DNA of 64,000 nucleotides from Fibrobacter sp. (lineage in GTDB: Bacteria > Fibrobacterota > Chitinivibrionia > Chitinivibrionales > Chitinispirillaceae), in assembly GCA_012519985.1 (NCBI GenBank), contig JAAYPC010000029.1, positions 18,194 to 82,193 of the forward strand, written 5' to 3'. The notes beneath the pieces were generated by a model. It worked only from the letters and a program-made list of their open reading frames with translations, was not told the origin of the DNA and ran no database searches. Shown piece after piece: positions 49,108 through 58,520 of this stretch (positions are counted from its first letter, which is position 1; every line of letters begins with the position of its first letter). Made by a program: the position numbers and the translations under genes.

Positions 49108-49408
49108 CTCACTATGGCAAAGGGTAAAATATTAAAAGATGAACCGGAATGAAAAAACTGAACCTCCAGCACCCTGTCCCCCAAGTAAAAATATTTCATC
49201 GCTAATTTGGGCGTTTTCGCACTTTTTTAATTGTTTATGTGAATCTAAAAGAACTGAGAGCTGGTAATACTGCACCAAACAATGGAATCGGTTTAATATA
49301 CTGAACGCCACATTTAAATGGAGATTTTTGTGTGCTCAAGCATCTCACACCCTCCATCTGTTAGCAATTCATAACTATTATTGTGAAATTATCAATTGAG
49401 GGCAATAA

Positions 49409-50020
49409 TTACTTAGTTTTGCCATAGTCTAATTCAATGTCTATGAAATATTGCCATGGAATGGTTTCAATAAATTTGCTGGTAACCTCCTTTTTTTTAG
49501 CGAATTTATCATACTTAATCCTTATTTTCAAAATTTCGTCTTTCTTTACCCATATTTTTTTGGTTCCTTTTTCACATCCTTTGATTTTTAATTCTAAATA
49601 TCCGGCTTCTAACCCATATTTTTCAATTATATAATCTTGCATATCTGCAATATTCGTATTTGGCTTAAAGTTAATGTTTGGTAAAACATAGTTCCATTTT
49701 GCTTTTATTTGTCTCTCCTTTTTATCAGAAAGCATAGCCAAGCGAATGACTGCCTTGTCCCCTTTTGCAATTTTGTCAATATCTCCCATGTACTTTTTAA
49801 TCGATGCATTCGCGTTTCTTATACAGCTTGAGTCACAGATCGAAATTGTATGTACTCCGACAGGAATATTTTTAAAGAAAACCGGAGTTACACCAATTTC
49901 AGCATCATCCAGATAGACAGTTATATTTGTATCAGAAGATACCTGAATCGCACCATAACCATCGATACAAGTACCATTAACCGATAACATCGCTAAACAA
50001 AACATGATTTCAGCCAGCAT
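49409..50020 (-). CDS. PEGA-domain secreted protein
   Basis: ITVYLDDAEIGVTPVFFKNIPVGVHTISI fits the PEGA pattern. ATG 50020 gives a signal-like N-terminus (MLAEIMFCLAMLSVNG). The track start at 50083 is a TTG. Confidence 0.5.
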   Translation of the reverse strand: MLAEIMFCLAMLSVNGTCIDGYGAIQVSSDTNITVYLDDAEIGVTPVFFKNIPVGVHTISICDSSCIRNANASIKKYMGDIDKIAKGDKAVIRLAMLSDKKERQIKAKWNYVLPNINFKPNTNIADMQDYIIEKYGLEAGYLELKIKGCEKGTKKIWVKKDEILKIRIKYDKFAKKKEVTSKFIETIPWQYFIDIELDYGKTK

Positions 50021-50240
50021 ATATGTGCACCACTTAAAAAACGATTTTCCCACCTTAATTTTTCGAATCCTTATTACAATCAATTATTTGGTTCGATTAA
50101 AAGCAAGAATACTGAACTTAAAAAGAAAATATTACTTTCCCGAATTCACCTAATTTGAATCACTTCAATAATGTTTGTAGGATAAAATAATCAGAAAGCA
50201 AATGCTGTCAGTTTGTGGTATTTCAATACCGGTAGACATT

Positions 50241-50285
50241 ATTCAAATAAAAAGGGTCGTGAATCATTCCAATGATTCATGACCC
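50241..50285 (-). terminator. rho-independent terminator downstream of tRNA-Pro
   Basis: GGGTCATGAATCATT/AATGATTCACGACCC forms a ~13-15-bp stem. On the minus strand it is followed by TTTTTATTTG. Confidence 0.65.
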
Positions 50286-50297
50286 CTAAAACATCAA

Positions 50298-50371
50298 TCG
50301 GAGTGACTGGATTTGAACCAGCGACTCCTTGGTCCCGAACCAAGTGCGCTACCAGGCTGCGCTACACTCCG
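50298..50371 (-). tRNA. tRNA-Pro (anticodon CGG)
   Basis: The reverse complement folds by hand into a cloverleaf. The parts are acceptor CGGAGTG/CACTCCG, D stem GCGC/GCGC, anticodon stem CTTGG/CCAAG with loop TTCGGGA, T stem GCTGG/CCAGT with loop TTCAAAT, and discriminator A. No CCA is encoded. Confidence 0.9.
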
Positions 50372-50480
50372 AAAATCCTTGTATCTTGACAAGACGCAAA
50401 TCTATTGCATATTAAATGTCTCAAAATATCTTATAATACCACGATTAGCAAGACATTTTTCCTCAGATAGAAATACTGTA

Positions 50481-51845
50481 TTATCTCTGCCTGTACTCTA
50501 CCCTTACCCTGCCAAAAAGCCTTGAAAGCTGAATTGTTTTCTCCCCCGCATCATCGATCACCAATGGAATCCTGTCATGACCTGCTGGAAACACCCCATG
50601 TGAGGGATCTGCAAATATCCACTTCCCGGTGTATGCGCTGACCCAGGCATGATAATAATAACCCTTTCCGTATTCCATATAAACCAAACCCATCACCACC
50701 CGCGCAGGTATTCCTGCGGCCCGCAGCAGCGCAGCCAATAGCACTGCATGCTCTCCACAATCTCCAAAACCTGCCTTCAATGTCTCCACTGCACTGGAAA
50801 AAGTGGTAATGTTTCGTTTTTTGAGAATCCGGTAAACCGAATCGTTGAATACCCTTACCAAAGCACACAGAGAATCTGTGTTTTTCTGTATGGCTTTTGA
50901 GAGCTTGATAATGTCGGGATGATCCGACTGCACCGTTGCTGTAGGTAATGTATAGATCTTCAGAGAATCAGCTAGCTTCTCATTCAGTAAACTGTTGCCA
51001 CATTCTGTCTCCAGATCTTTCAGCAAATATCCGCCTTCAGATTTCTGATAATAATCAATAACAGAGGTATCAAGCTGATATGTAGAATCAAAAGAGATAA
51101 ATATCCGCTCAGATGCTGCAACCCTTCTCTTTGCCCCGATTTTCAAAGCCTCAATCAAGTCCTTTTGCTTTATCTTGCCATTTTTTGATGAAGTCTCACT
51201 GGCTCTGGCAACAAAAGGGTAAATCTCCCGATACACCGTTTTCCCCTTGCGATCTAGCCACCAAACCTCATCTTTATCACTGATATTGTTCCTGCTCACC
51301 AATACCCAGTTGTAACCATTTTTTTTATCCGGTTTTTCCCTGCACACGGTTTTGGTAATTAAGTACTCACCAGAAGTCAGCTCAATAACACTATCAGTCC
51401 AAGTGCTTCCGATTTCCAGAGATGAATCCAGAATGCCATGATAGATCTCAAAAAGAGAGTTTATTGATTCTTTTACAACTGGCATATCCTTCCGCCGCTC
51501 CATTCCACCAACTCTCATAAGAAGGCTCCAGTGCCCTGAATCACAACTAAGCTTCCAGTAATTTTCTCCTGCGGAACTGATCATCTTCTGTTCTGCAGAA
51601 ATCAAATTGCCATCAAAGCCATATACCCTTTTTTCATGCATTCGACTCTCTATATCCAGAATATTACTAACCTCTACCACCGAATCTCTCACTTTTATCA
51701 TACTACTAAGAGATCCGGCACGTCTGCCATTTAACAGCACCTCCAGAGAATCATATATCTGAACTGCTTTCCATTTCTCTTTTTCAATACCGGCAAAAAG
51801 AAAACAATTGAGAACCGATAATAAGAAAAAGGCCATTTTCATCAC
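50481..51845 (-). CDS. secreted transglutaminase-like cysteine protease-fold protein
   Basis: It has a signal peptide. The transglutaminase-core block is GFGDCGEHAVLLAALLRAAGIPARVV...YHAWV...ADPS (Cys-His-Asp). Confidence 0.75.
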   Translation of the reverse strand: MMKMAFFLLSVLNCFLFAGIEKEKWKAVQIYDSLEVLLNGRRAGSLSSMIKVRDSVVEVSNILDIESRMHEKRVYGFDGNLISAEQKMISSAGENYWKLSCDSGHWSLLMRVGGMERRKDMPVVKESINSLFEIYHGILDSSLEIGSTWTDSVIELTSGEYLITKTVCREKPDKKNGYNWVLVSRNNISDKDEVWWLDRKGKTVYREIYPFVARASETSSKNGKIKQKDLIEALKIGAKRRVAASERIFISFDSTYQLDTSVIDYYQKSEGGYLLKDLETECGNSLLNEKLADSLKIYTLPTATVQSDHPDIIKLSKAIQKNTDSLCALVRVFNDSVYRILKKRNITTFSSAVETLKAGFGDCGEHAVLLAALLRAAGIPARVVMGLVYMEYGKGYYYHAWVSAYTGKWIFADPSHGVFPAGHDRIPLVIDDAGEKTIQLSRLFGRVRVEYRQR

Positions 51846-52591
51846 AGCAACCCGCCACTCTTGGACCGGTAAGCCTCAAAATCCACTCCGCAAATACTTC
51901 GAAATCTGGCCAGGCATTCCTTTTCATCTGCAAATCCGGTTGCTTTCGCTGCTTCTGATAATGACATCTCCGGGTTCTTATTTATCATTATTTTTACTCT
52001 GTTTATACGTACCTGATCGATAAAATCTTCCACTCTCATCCCCAGCTCTTTTTTGAAAAGAGCTTCCAGATAAGCCTTTCCGGTTACAAGATCACTGCAG
52101 ATCTGATCAACGGTTAAATCCACATCTGCATAATTCTTTTCGATGTATCTGCAGGCCTGTCGCACAAAACGGTTCATAACCGACAATCTGGTGGTAGTCA
52201 TGAATCGATTAACTTTTCCCAATTTTCGAAAATACCTGATAAAAATCAGAACACCTGCAGCAAATACAGACAAGACAAAAAGAACCGTCCGGTTCCTTTT
52301 GTTTTTCAAGCCTTTCTGGACTGTTACCTTTGATTTTTGTGCAAATTCTTTAACAGCACTCTTTTGGGCAAATCTGGAGAAGAATACGCCAGGGCGGAAT
52401 TTTGTGGAAGGGCTTTTTTGTAACTTTTCGCTTCCAGTCACTGTGCTGCGGCTTTGAGCTGAAGACTCAACCTGAACCGCAGTAACTAAATCTTCACCTG
52501 AATCATCCGGATCGTTTTTCTCTGCACCAGTTACACTTAAAATCAGCAAAACGGCTAAAATGCAAATTGGGATATTCAGTTTTCTGTACAC
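51842..52591 (-). CDS. membrane-anchored AraC-type HTH regulator
   Basis: Two hydrophobic segments (residues ~8-21 and ~103-120) precede a C-terminal AraC-type HTH (LTVDQICSDL...YLEALFKKELG...SLSEAAKATGFADEKECLARFR). It has a GTG start, and its stop forms a 4-nt overlap with the next gene. Confidence 0.65.
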   Translation of the reverse strand: MYRKLNIPICILAVLLILSVTGAEKNDPDDSGEDLVTAVQVESSAQSRSTVTGSEKLQKSPSTKFRPGVFFSRFAQKSAVKEFAQKSKVTVQKGLKNKRNRTVLFVLSVFAAGVLIFIRYFRKLGKVNRFMTTTRLSVMNRFVRQACRYIEKNYADVDLTVDQICSDLVTGKAYLEALFKKELGMRVEDFIDQVRINRVKIMINKNPEMSLSEAAKATGFADEKECLARFRSICGVDFEAYRSKSGGLL

Positions 52592-53775
52592 CGCTTCATC
52601 TGTTCCTGCAACATGATTGTGTAATTTAAACCCAGCATATCGATTTTAGCTCGAAGTCTGTTGCTGAAGCGGTCAACCTCATCAATATCCCGATTTTTTA
52701 CATCCTGCCATAGTTTCTTAAGTGTCCTGGCATTCAAAATTTCGTTAGTCGAAACTTCAAAATGAAGCTTATCACTTTCAGAGATCCGGTTGTGAGCATC
52801 CTCGATCATCTTCTGAATCTCAGAATAAATGTTCTGATCAAACCTCTGCCTTAGCAGTTTGACATTCATTGAAAGCTGTTCATAAAAATATCTGCTGTTG
52901 AAAATATAATGTCTCTTGTTCTTATAAACACTGCTGTCGTAATAATACTCTCCTATGACTCTTCCCCTGGTGGTCTTAACAACCGATTTTGGAAAAGGTG
53001 GAGCCAGAGGTATTACCTCCTTAACAACAGATCCTGATACCACCGTCGATGTCTCAGTGTCGTCTGTGGAAATCTCTGATTGCTGCTCCTTTGCAGCCAG
53101 ATTTTCCTCTGATTCAATTTGAAATTCCTGTTTCTTTTCAACTTCATCCTGAGCAGGTTTAATTGTATCAAACACACTTTGATAATCTTGGTTCAGGGAG
53201 CAGTCCTCCTTCAGAGAATCTTGCTGATTTCTGCTCTGCTGAGAGAGAATAATCTCATAAAGTCCGTTAACAATCTCGTTCTCATTGGAATTAAGCTCCT
53301 GTTTTAGCTGCTGTTCGATTAGCGACAACTCCTGCTCTTTGACTTTAAGTTTCTCCAGCTTGGAATTCAGCTCACGAAGCTCATTGTTACAATCGATTAT
53401 CTGTTGCTTTATAGAAGCAAACTCCTCATCCCTTCTGCGTTTCTCCTCCAGAAGATCCCGGGAATCCCGACTGACCTTTTTTATATGCTCCTCTTTAGTA
53501 CGCAGTATATCCATCTTATCCTGATAGAAATTAATAAGAAGATCTATTGTGCTGTTAGGCTCGGTTATCAGGTTTTTCTTCAGATTCCAAAGTTGTTCAA
53601 GTGCAATTTTGGCATTTTCCTTTTCACCCGAAAGCAACTTCTCTGCAATATCACACATGTTTTCAGACACATTAGCCGCCTTGGCATCCAGAAGAATTGT
53701 ATAAAAACGGTTTGCATCTACCGAACTGTTTTCCATACCAAAAATGGATTCAGGGATCCGTTCAATTCTTCTCAT
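52576..53775 (-). CDS. hypothetical coiled-coil protein
   Basis: The 399-aa protein has a central heptad-rich, E/K/Q-rich region (ELRELNSKLEKLKVKEQELSLIEQQLKQEL) and an acidic linker. I cannot name a family for the C-terminal globular part. Confidence 0.5.
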   Translation of the reverse strand: MRRIERIPESIFGMENSSVDANRFYTILLDAKAANVSENMCDIAEKLLSGEKENAKIALEQLWNLKKNLITEPNSTIDLLINFYQDKMDILRTKEEHIKKVSRDSRDLLEEKRRRDEEFASIKQQIIDCNNELRELNSKLEKLKVKEQELSLIEQQLKQELNSNENEIVNGLYEIILSQQSRNQQDSLKEDCSLNQDYQSVFDTIKPAQDEVEKKQEFQIESEENLAAKEQQSEISTDDTETSTVVSGSVVKEVIPLAPPFPKSVVKTTRGRVIGEYYYDSSVYKNKRHYIFNSRYFYEQLSMNVKLLRQRFDQNIYSEIQKMIEDAHNRISESDKLHFEVSTNEILNARTLKKLWQDVKNRDIDEVDRFSNRLRAKIDMLGLNYTIMLQEQMKRCTEN

Positions 53776-53970
53776 TTTGATTTCCTTTCAAACAATAATA
53801 TTGTAATTAATCTGCCTGCCCTCCATACAATTACCCGGCTCTCGTTAATTAAACCTGAACCGAACCGATTCTTTTGAGATGAATCGCATAGCAATCTTTA
53901 GATAAAAAGGGGTGCGGTTTTGTTCACATATCAGCAAGCGAATATGATCAACCAAGCCACCGAGCCCTGT

Positions 53971-54000
53971 AATAAAAGGGAGCGATACGAGTGTCGCTCC
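53971..54000 (-). terminator. terminator candidate after the TPR gene
   Basis: The hairpin GGAGCGA-(8 nt)-TCGCTCC is followed on the minus strand by CTTTTATTAC. Confidence 0.4.
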
Positions 54001-54100
54001 ATAAGAATCGTCTGATTTTAGACTAAAATAAATTAACCAACACATCAATAGTAATTTTTTTCTCTGTCTTTGTCAATACCATTTTAGCGCTTCGTAAGAT

Positions 54101-55582
54101 TCATTGCGGAGCCAGCGTTTCAAAAATCTGCTTCAGATGGCTGTATTGATTGAGCTCTTCCATATTTGTAAAACCATTTTCCAGCGCCTTTATCAGAAAC
54201 CGCTCAGCACGAATCCGATTTCCCCTGGATGCCTCAATAACAGCCAGTATAAACCAACTGTCAAAATAATCAGGATCTTCTTTTATATGAAGCTGTACAA
54301 GTTGCTTTACCTTCCTGTCCTCTTTTCTGGCAAGCAGCGCACGCCACAGGATGCTCTGGGATGGACTGTCCGATTCTGTCATCTTTTCTATGTGAGCTAT
54401 TACAGTGTCATAGTCTTTGTTGTGCAAAGCATAACGGGCCAGCCCCTTGCGAATCTGATCTGTAAGTACAGGCTTCTCTGAGAGACGTTTATAAATGCCT
54501 TCAGCTTTCTTTGAATTATTCTTTTTACGCTGATAAATCAAAAGCCTCTGAAGATCCAAAGCATCCCCTCTGCGACCCAGTCTGTCTGCTTGTGCAAGTA
54601 TTTCTTCAGCTTTTTCAATCTGGTTATGCTCAAAGAGGATCTCTATACTCTGAGCTAAAACATCTTCATCCAGCCTGGGAAGGATGGCCAGAGTCGCACG
54701 AATAAAAGTATTTAAATCCCCCTTGGCCAAAGAGAGATGACGTAGCCCCATCCAGCCAGGAAGCATATGCGGAGCCAGTCTTACTGCCTTGAGATAACAT
54801 TTTTTCGCCTCATCATATTTTTTCTGCTTCAAATAAAGGTTTCCCAGATTCACCCTCAGCGAAAAATCCGCCTTGTTCAATTCGATGGCCTGAAGGTAGC
54901 ATTGTTCCGCATTTTCATATTTACCACTTTTCTCACAGGCATAGCCCATATTCTTTAAAGCAGATGAGAAATCTTCCTGATACTTCAACGCCTTCTCAAA
55001 TGCTGCTCTGGCTCCCTCATAATCCTCCTGTGCAAGGAGCACATTTCCCAGATTATACCAGGCATCGGTAAAATCCGGACGTACCTGAAGCGCATGCTCA
55101 AAATAGGCTCTGGCCTTTGAAAGCTCCCCTTTATTGGTATGATGGTTACCCATATTCACCAGAGCACCAGGGTTATCCGGCTCTATAGAAAGCACTTTTG
55201 CAAATGCCTCTCCCGCTTTCTCCATCTCCGATAACTGTACCCGTACAATCCCCAGGTTGTTCCATCCCTCAATCCTGTCTGGTTTCAACCTGGTAAGTCG
55301 GAGAAATGCCTGTTCTGCCTCCTTCAGATCATTTTTCCTGAAACAGGTATTACCATACTCCAGCACCAAAGTATAGTTCTGCCCGTCTTTTTCCATTGCA
55401 GCTCTGGCTATATCTATCGCTTCGTTATACCATCCCTGATCCGACAAATACTGAATCAGCCGGATAGTATTCTCCATGTTCAGAGGGTCAGCTTTATACT
55501 CCTGACGAAGTTTCTCCAATACCGGATCGCAATTTTCCTTTAATTCCATAATTGAACTAAAACTATTTTCTGCCATAACCAT
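54101..55582 (-). CDS. tetratricopeptide-repeat (TPR) protein
   Basis: It has multiple 34-aa TPR units (AWYNLGNVLLAQEDYEGARAAFEKAL, ALKNMGYACEKSGKYENAEQCYLQAI and others). I start it at ATG 55582. The track ORF extends another 62 codons into non-TPR low-complexity sequence. Confidence 0.8.
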   Translation of the reverse strand: MVMAENSFSSIMELKENCDPVLEKLRQEYKADPLNMENTIRLIQYLSDQGWYNEAIDIARAAMEKDGQNYTLVLEYGNTCFRKNDLKEAEQAFLRLTRLKPDRIEGWNNLGIVRVQLSEMEKAGEAFAKVLSIEPDNPGALVNMGNHHTNKGELSKARAYFEHALQVRPDFTDAWYNLGNVLLAQEDYEGARAAFEKALKYQEDFSSALKNMGYACEKSGKYENAEQCYLQAIELNKADFSLRVNLGNLYLKQKKYDEAKKCYLKAVRLAPHMLPGWMGLRHLSLAKGDLNTFIRATLAILPRLDEDVLAQSIEILFEHNQIEKAEEILAQADRLGRRGDALDLQRLLIYQRKKNNSKKAEGIYKRLSEKPVLTDQIRKGLARYALHNKDYDTVIAHIEKMTESDSPSQSILWRALLARKEDRKVKQLVQLHIKEDPDYFDSWFILAVIEASRGNRIRAERFLIKALENGFTNMEELNQYSHLKQIFETLAPQ

Positions 55583-55760
55583 TTTAAAAGTGTTCCCCAC
55601 ACTGCAAGACCAGCCGTTTAACCGGTTTTTGAAAATATTTATCAAAAATTTACAATCAATTATAAGCATAAGGTATGATTGAAAATAGTGCAAGAGGGTA
55701 ATGTAACTGCTCAAGTATCTGAGGGCAAAAAAAATAACGTAATAATCAATAGTGTCAGGC

Positions 55761-55955
55761 CAAATCACAAATCACAAAATCCAAAATTCCAAACAAATTC
55801 CAAATTACAATACCTAAATTCGAAACAGGAACAGGAGTAGGAAAATTCGAAATTCGAAACAGGATAGGGACTTCCGTTCCAGTTCTTTTTTTGTTTGAAT
55901 GGTTGGTTATTGGGATTTGTTTAGTATTTGTTTCTTGTTATTTGGAATTTATTTG
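55761..55955. repeat. AC-rich / GT-rich imperfect inverted repeat flanking internal direct repeats
   Basis: The left arm is CAAATCACAAATCACAAAATCCAAAATTCCAAACAAATTCCAAATTACAA. The right arm is its approximate complement, with a 15/16 core (AAATTCCAAATTACAA at 55795-55810 against TTGTTATTTGGAATTT at 55935-55950). Between the arms, AATTCGAAACAGGA occurs twice (55817-55830 and 55851-55864). Confidence 0.6.
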
Positions 55956-56030
55956 CTCCTTATTATTCATAGCTTATCTGATTACAAGAGTATTTAGAGA
56001 TAGCATTCAGGACAAAAGATTATTGCCCGC

Positions 56031-56066
56031 AAAACAAAAAAGGAGGTTTCATTTCTGAAACCTCCT
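56031..56066 (-). terminator. rho-independent terminator of glnN
   Basis: AGGAGGTTTCA-ttt(c)-TGAAACCTCCT forms an 11-bp stem. On the minus strand it is followed by TTTTTGTTTT. Confidence 0.75.
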
Positions 56067-56097
56067 GCGTATGTCCCTACCTTTAGCTGTCAAGCAA

Positions 56098-58293
56098 TTA
56101 ACTGATAAAAAGCATCTCTCTGTATTTCGGCAATACCCACATGGAATCTGGCATTACACTCTCCAGAGCATCCACATGCCTGCGGATATGAAGCATGTGC
56201 GGTTTAAGCTCTGAATAATACATAGCCGCTTTTGCCTCAGGATCCAGCGTATCAGCCTTTTTCAGCAACTCCTCCATCTGCTTCAGATTTTTTCTGATGT
56301 AAAAAATATCGGCAGTCAGTCCAGCCAGCAATTGTTTACGATCCTCAATAGCCTCATCCACCAGCTCAACAGCTTTGGAATCAACAAGATCCTTAAGGAT
56401 CTCCAGACCTCCCGCTATTTCAGCCTGATATTCAATAGCAGCAGGTATGACCTGAGTTCTAACCATCTCTGCCAATGCTTTAGCCTCAATATCCAGGACC
56501 TTCTCATAGATTTCAAGCCAGATATTATATCGGGCATGAAGCTCAACTTTTGTGAAAACTCCATGACGTTCAAAAAGATCGATAGACTTCGGTTTTATGA
56601 ATGCCTTAAGCGCCTCTGCAGTTGATGCCTCATTAGGAAGCCCCCGTTTCTGGGCTTCTTTTACCCACTCCTCAGAGTAGTTGTTTCCCTCAAAAAGAAT
56701 CGCTTTGGATTCCTTGACCAAACCGGAAAGCACCTTGAGAACCGCTTCTCTGAAATTGGAGGTACTGGCCTGTTCAGCTTTTATCCTCTCAACCACTATC
56801 GACAGTGAATCGGCCACCGCAGTGTTTATGACTGCAATAGGAGTGGAGATATTCATAGAGCTTCCTACCGCTCTGAATTCAAACTTCGCTCCGGTAAATG
56901 CAAACGGAGAAGTGCGGTTACGATCGGTTGAATCCCTCAGAAATTTGGGAAGTAACTTTACGCCCAGATCGATGAGGTTCTGACGATGACCTTTCTCAAT
57001 TTTTCCGTTTTCCAGCATTGAAATAATCTTGCTCAACTGTTCACCAAGAAAAACACTCACTATTGCCGGAGGCGCTTCATTGGCACCAAGCCGATGCTCA
57101 TTACCCGCAGAAGCAACAGAGGCCAGAAGCAGGTCTGCATGAGTGTAAACAGCATGAATAACCGCTGTGAGTATTGTCAGAAACTGAAGATTCTCCTCCG
57201 GTGTATCTCCCGGGTTAAGCAGATTGTTTCCCTTATCATCGGACATTGACCAGTTAAGATGCTTTCCGCTTCCATTTACTCCTGCAAATGGCTTCTCATG
57301 AAGCAGGCAAACCAGCCTGTGACGATGCGCAACTCGTTTCATAATATCCATAAGAAGCTGGTTGTGATCGGCTGCCAGATTTGCCCTCTCAAAAATCGGC
57401 GCAAACTCAAACTGATGAGGAGCAACTTCGTTATGACGGGTGGTTACCGGAATGCCAAGTCTGTAAGCTTCCTCTGCCACATCATGCATATAATTGAGCA
57501 CCCTGTCTTTAATCGATCCGAAATACTGATCCTCAAGCTGCTGCCCCTTTGGTGATGAAGCTCCTATCAAAGTGCGACCGGCCAGAAGAAGATCATTTCT
57601 CATCCGGTAATAAGCTTCATCTATGAGAAAATACTCCTGCTCCGGTCCGCAGGTCGAATAAACCTGTTTTACATCTGTATGCCCGAAAAGTTTGAGAAGT
57701 TCTATCGCTGCCTTGCAGATTGCTGCATCACTTCTTAAAAGTGGAAGCTTCTTGTCAAGAGCCTCACCATTATAGGAAACAAAAATGGTGGGTATACACA
57801 GAGTCTTGCCTTTATCTACCTCTTTTATGAATGCCGGTGAAGAGGGATCCCATGCTGTGTATCCTCTGGCTTCAAATGTTGCCCGAATCCCTCCGGAGGG
57901 AAATGATGAAGCATCCGGTTCTCCCTGAATCAGCTTACTCCCGGTAAACTTTTCCATCACTATCCCGGTGGTTCCTATATTTATAAATGAATCATGCTTC
58001 TCCGCAGTCAGGCCAGTCATAGGATGAAACCAATGCGTATAAGAGCAGGCCCCTTTGGAAATCGCCCACTCTTTCATGCAATGAGCAATCTCATCCGCCT
58101 CAGCCATACTTATCACTTCTCCCTCTTCCTGCCACTTTTTGAATGCCTTGAAAGTCCTCTCGGAAAGCATCTTCTGCATTATCATTTCGCTGAAAGTGTT
58201 TTCACCAAAATAGCTGGATACCTTTTTTGGCAGTTCTACTTTTCCAACCACGATCGGTTCAATCATTTGAGTTACTTCATTTCGACTGCTCAT
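56098..58293 (-). CDS. glnN: glutamine synthetase type III
   Basis: The 731-aa protein has the N-terminus ...YFGENTFS...KAFKKWQEEG...SYTHWFHPMTG...AEKHDSF and the catalytic region NEVAPHQFE, which is characteristic of GSIII. Confidence 0.9.
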   Translation of the reverse strand: MSSRNEVTQMIEPIVVGKVELPKKVSSYFGENTFSEMIMQKMLSERTFKAFKKWQEEGEVISMAEADEIAHCMKEWAISKGACSYTHWFHPMTGLTAEKHDSFINIGTTGIVMEKFTGSKLIQGEPDASSFPSGGIRATFEARGYTAWDPSSPAFIKEVDKGKTLCIPTIFVSYNGEALDKKLPLLRSDAAICKAAIELLKLFGHTDVKQVYSTCGPEQEYFLIDEAYYRMRNDLLLAGRTLIGASSPKGQQLEDQYFGSIKDRVLNYMHDVAEEAYRLGIPVTTRHNEVAPHQFEFAPIFERANLAADHNQLLMDIMKRVAHRHRLVCLLHEKPFAGVNGSGKHLNWSMSDDKGNNLLNPGDTPEENLQFLTILTAVIHAVYTHADLLLASVASAGNEHRLGANEAPPAIVSVFLGEQLSKIISMLENGKIEKGHRQNLIDLGVKLLPKFLRDSTDRNRTSPFAFTGAKFEFRAVGSSMNISTPIAVINTAVADSLSIVVERIKAEQASTSNFREAVLKVLSGLVKESKAILFEGNNYSEEWVKEAQKRGLPNEASTAEALKAFIKPKSIDLFERHGVFTKVELHARYNIWLEIYEKVLDIEAKALAEMVRTQVIPAAIEYQAEIAGGLEILKDLVDSKAVELVDEAIEDRKQLLAGLTADIFYIRKNLKQMEELLKKADTLDPEAKAAMYYSELKPHMLHIRRHVDALESVMPDSMWVLPKYREMLFIS

Positions 58294-58520
58294 AGAAACC
58301 TTTCTGAATCATCTGCTGATTTAAATAAGTTAAGCTATTCTTTTCTTCAGGGTATCCTTCAGAAACCGCTGGGAAAAAAATAGATTACGACCAAATCCGG
58401 AAAACTGGTCATATTTCTTTCGCTGCCAGTATTGTGCAATATTAATGCCAGAAATATCCCCCAAAACCACCTCAATTTAAACATTTTTTGACCATTCTGT
58501 TCCTCTATCTCATCCACTCC

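Noticed and set aside
49108-49408. attR-like direct repeat of the tRNA-Pro 3' end that would delimit an island
   Set aside because: I found only a vague resemblance (CTGAACCTCCAGC against TTGAACCAGCGAC), not a credible repeat.
53845-54048. 67-aa minus-strand ORF between the TPR gene and the coiled-coil gene
   Set aside because: It spans the terminator hairpin at 53979-54000, has no RBS, and has no recognisable domain.
55583-55768. N-terminal 62-codon extension of the TPR protein in the track ORF (and similar extensions at 24098-24217, 32658-32702, 38930-38992 and 50021-50083)
   Set aside because: The extensions start at non-ATG or poorly placed codons, lack homology-like motifs, and in each case an internal ATG gives a product with a normal N-terminus.
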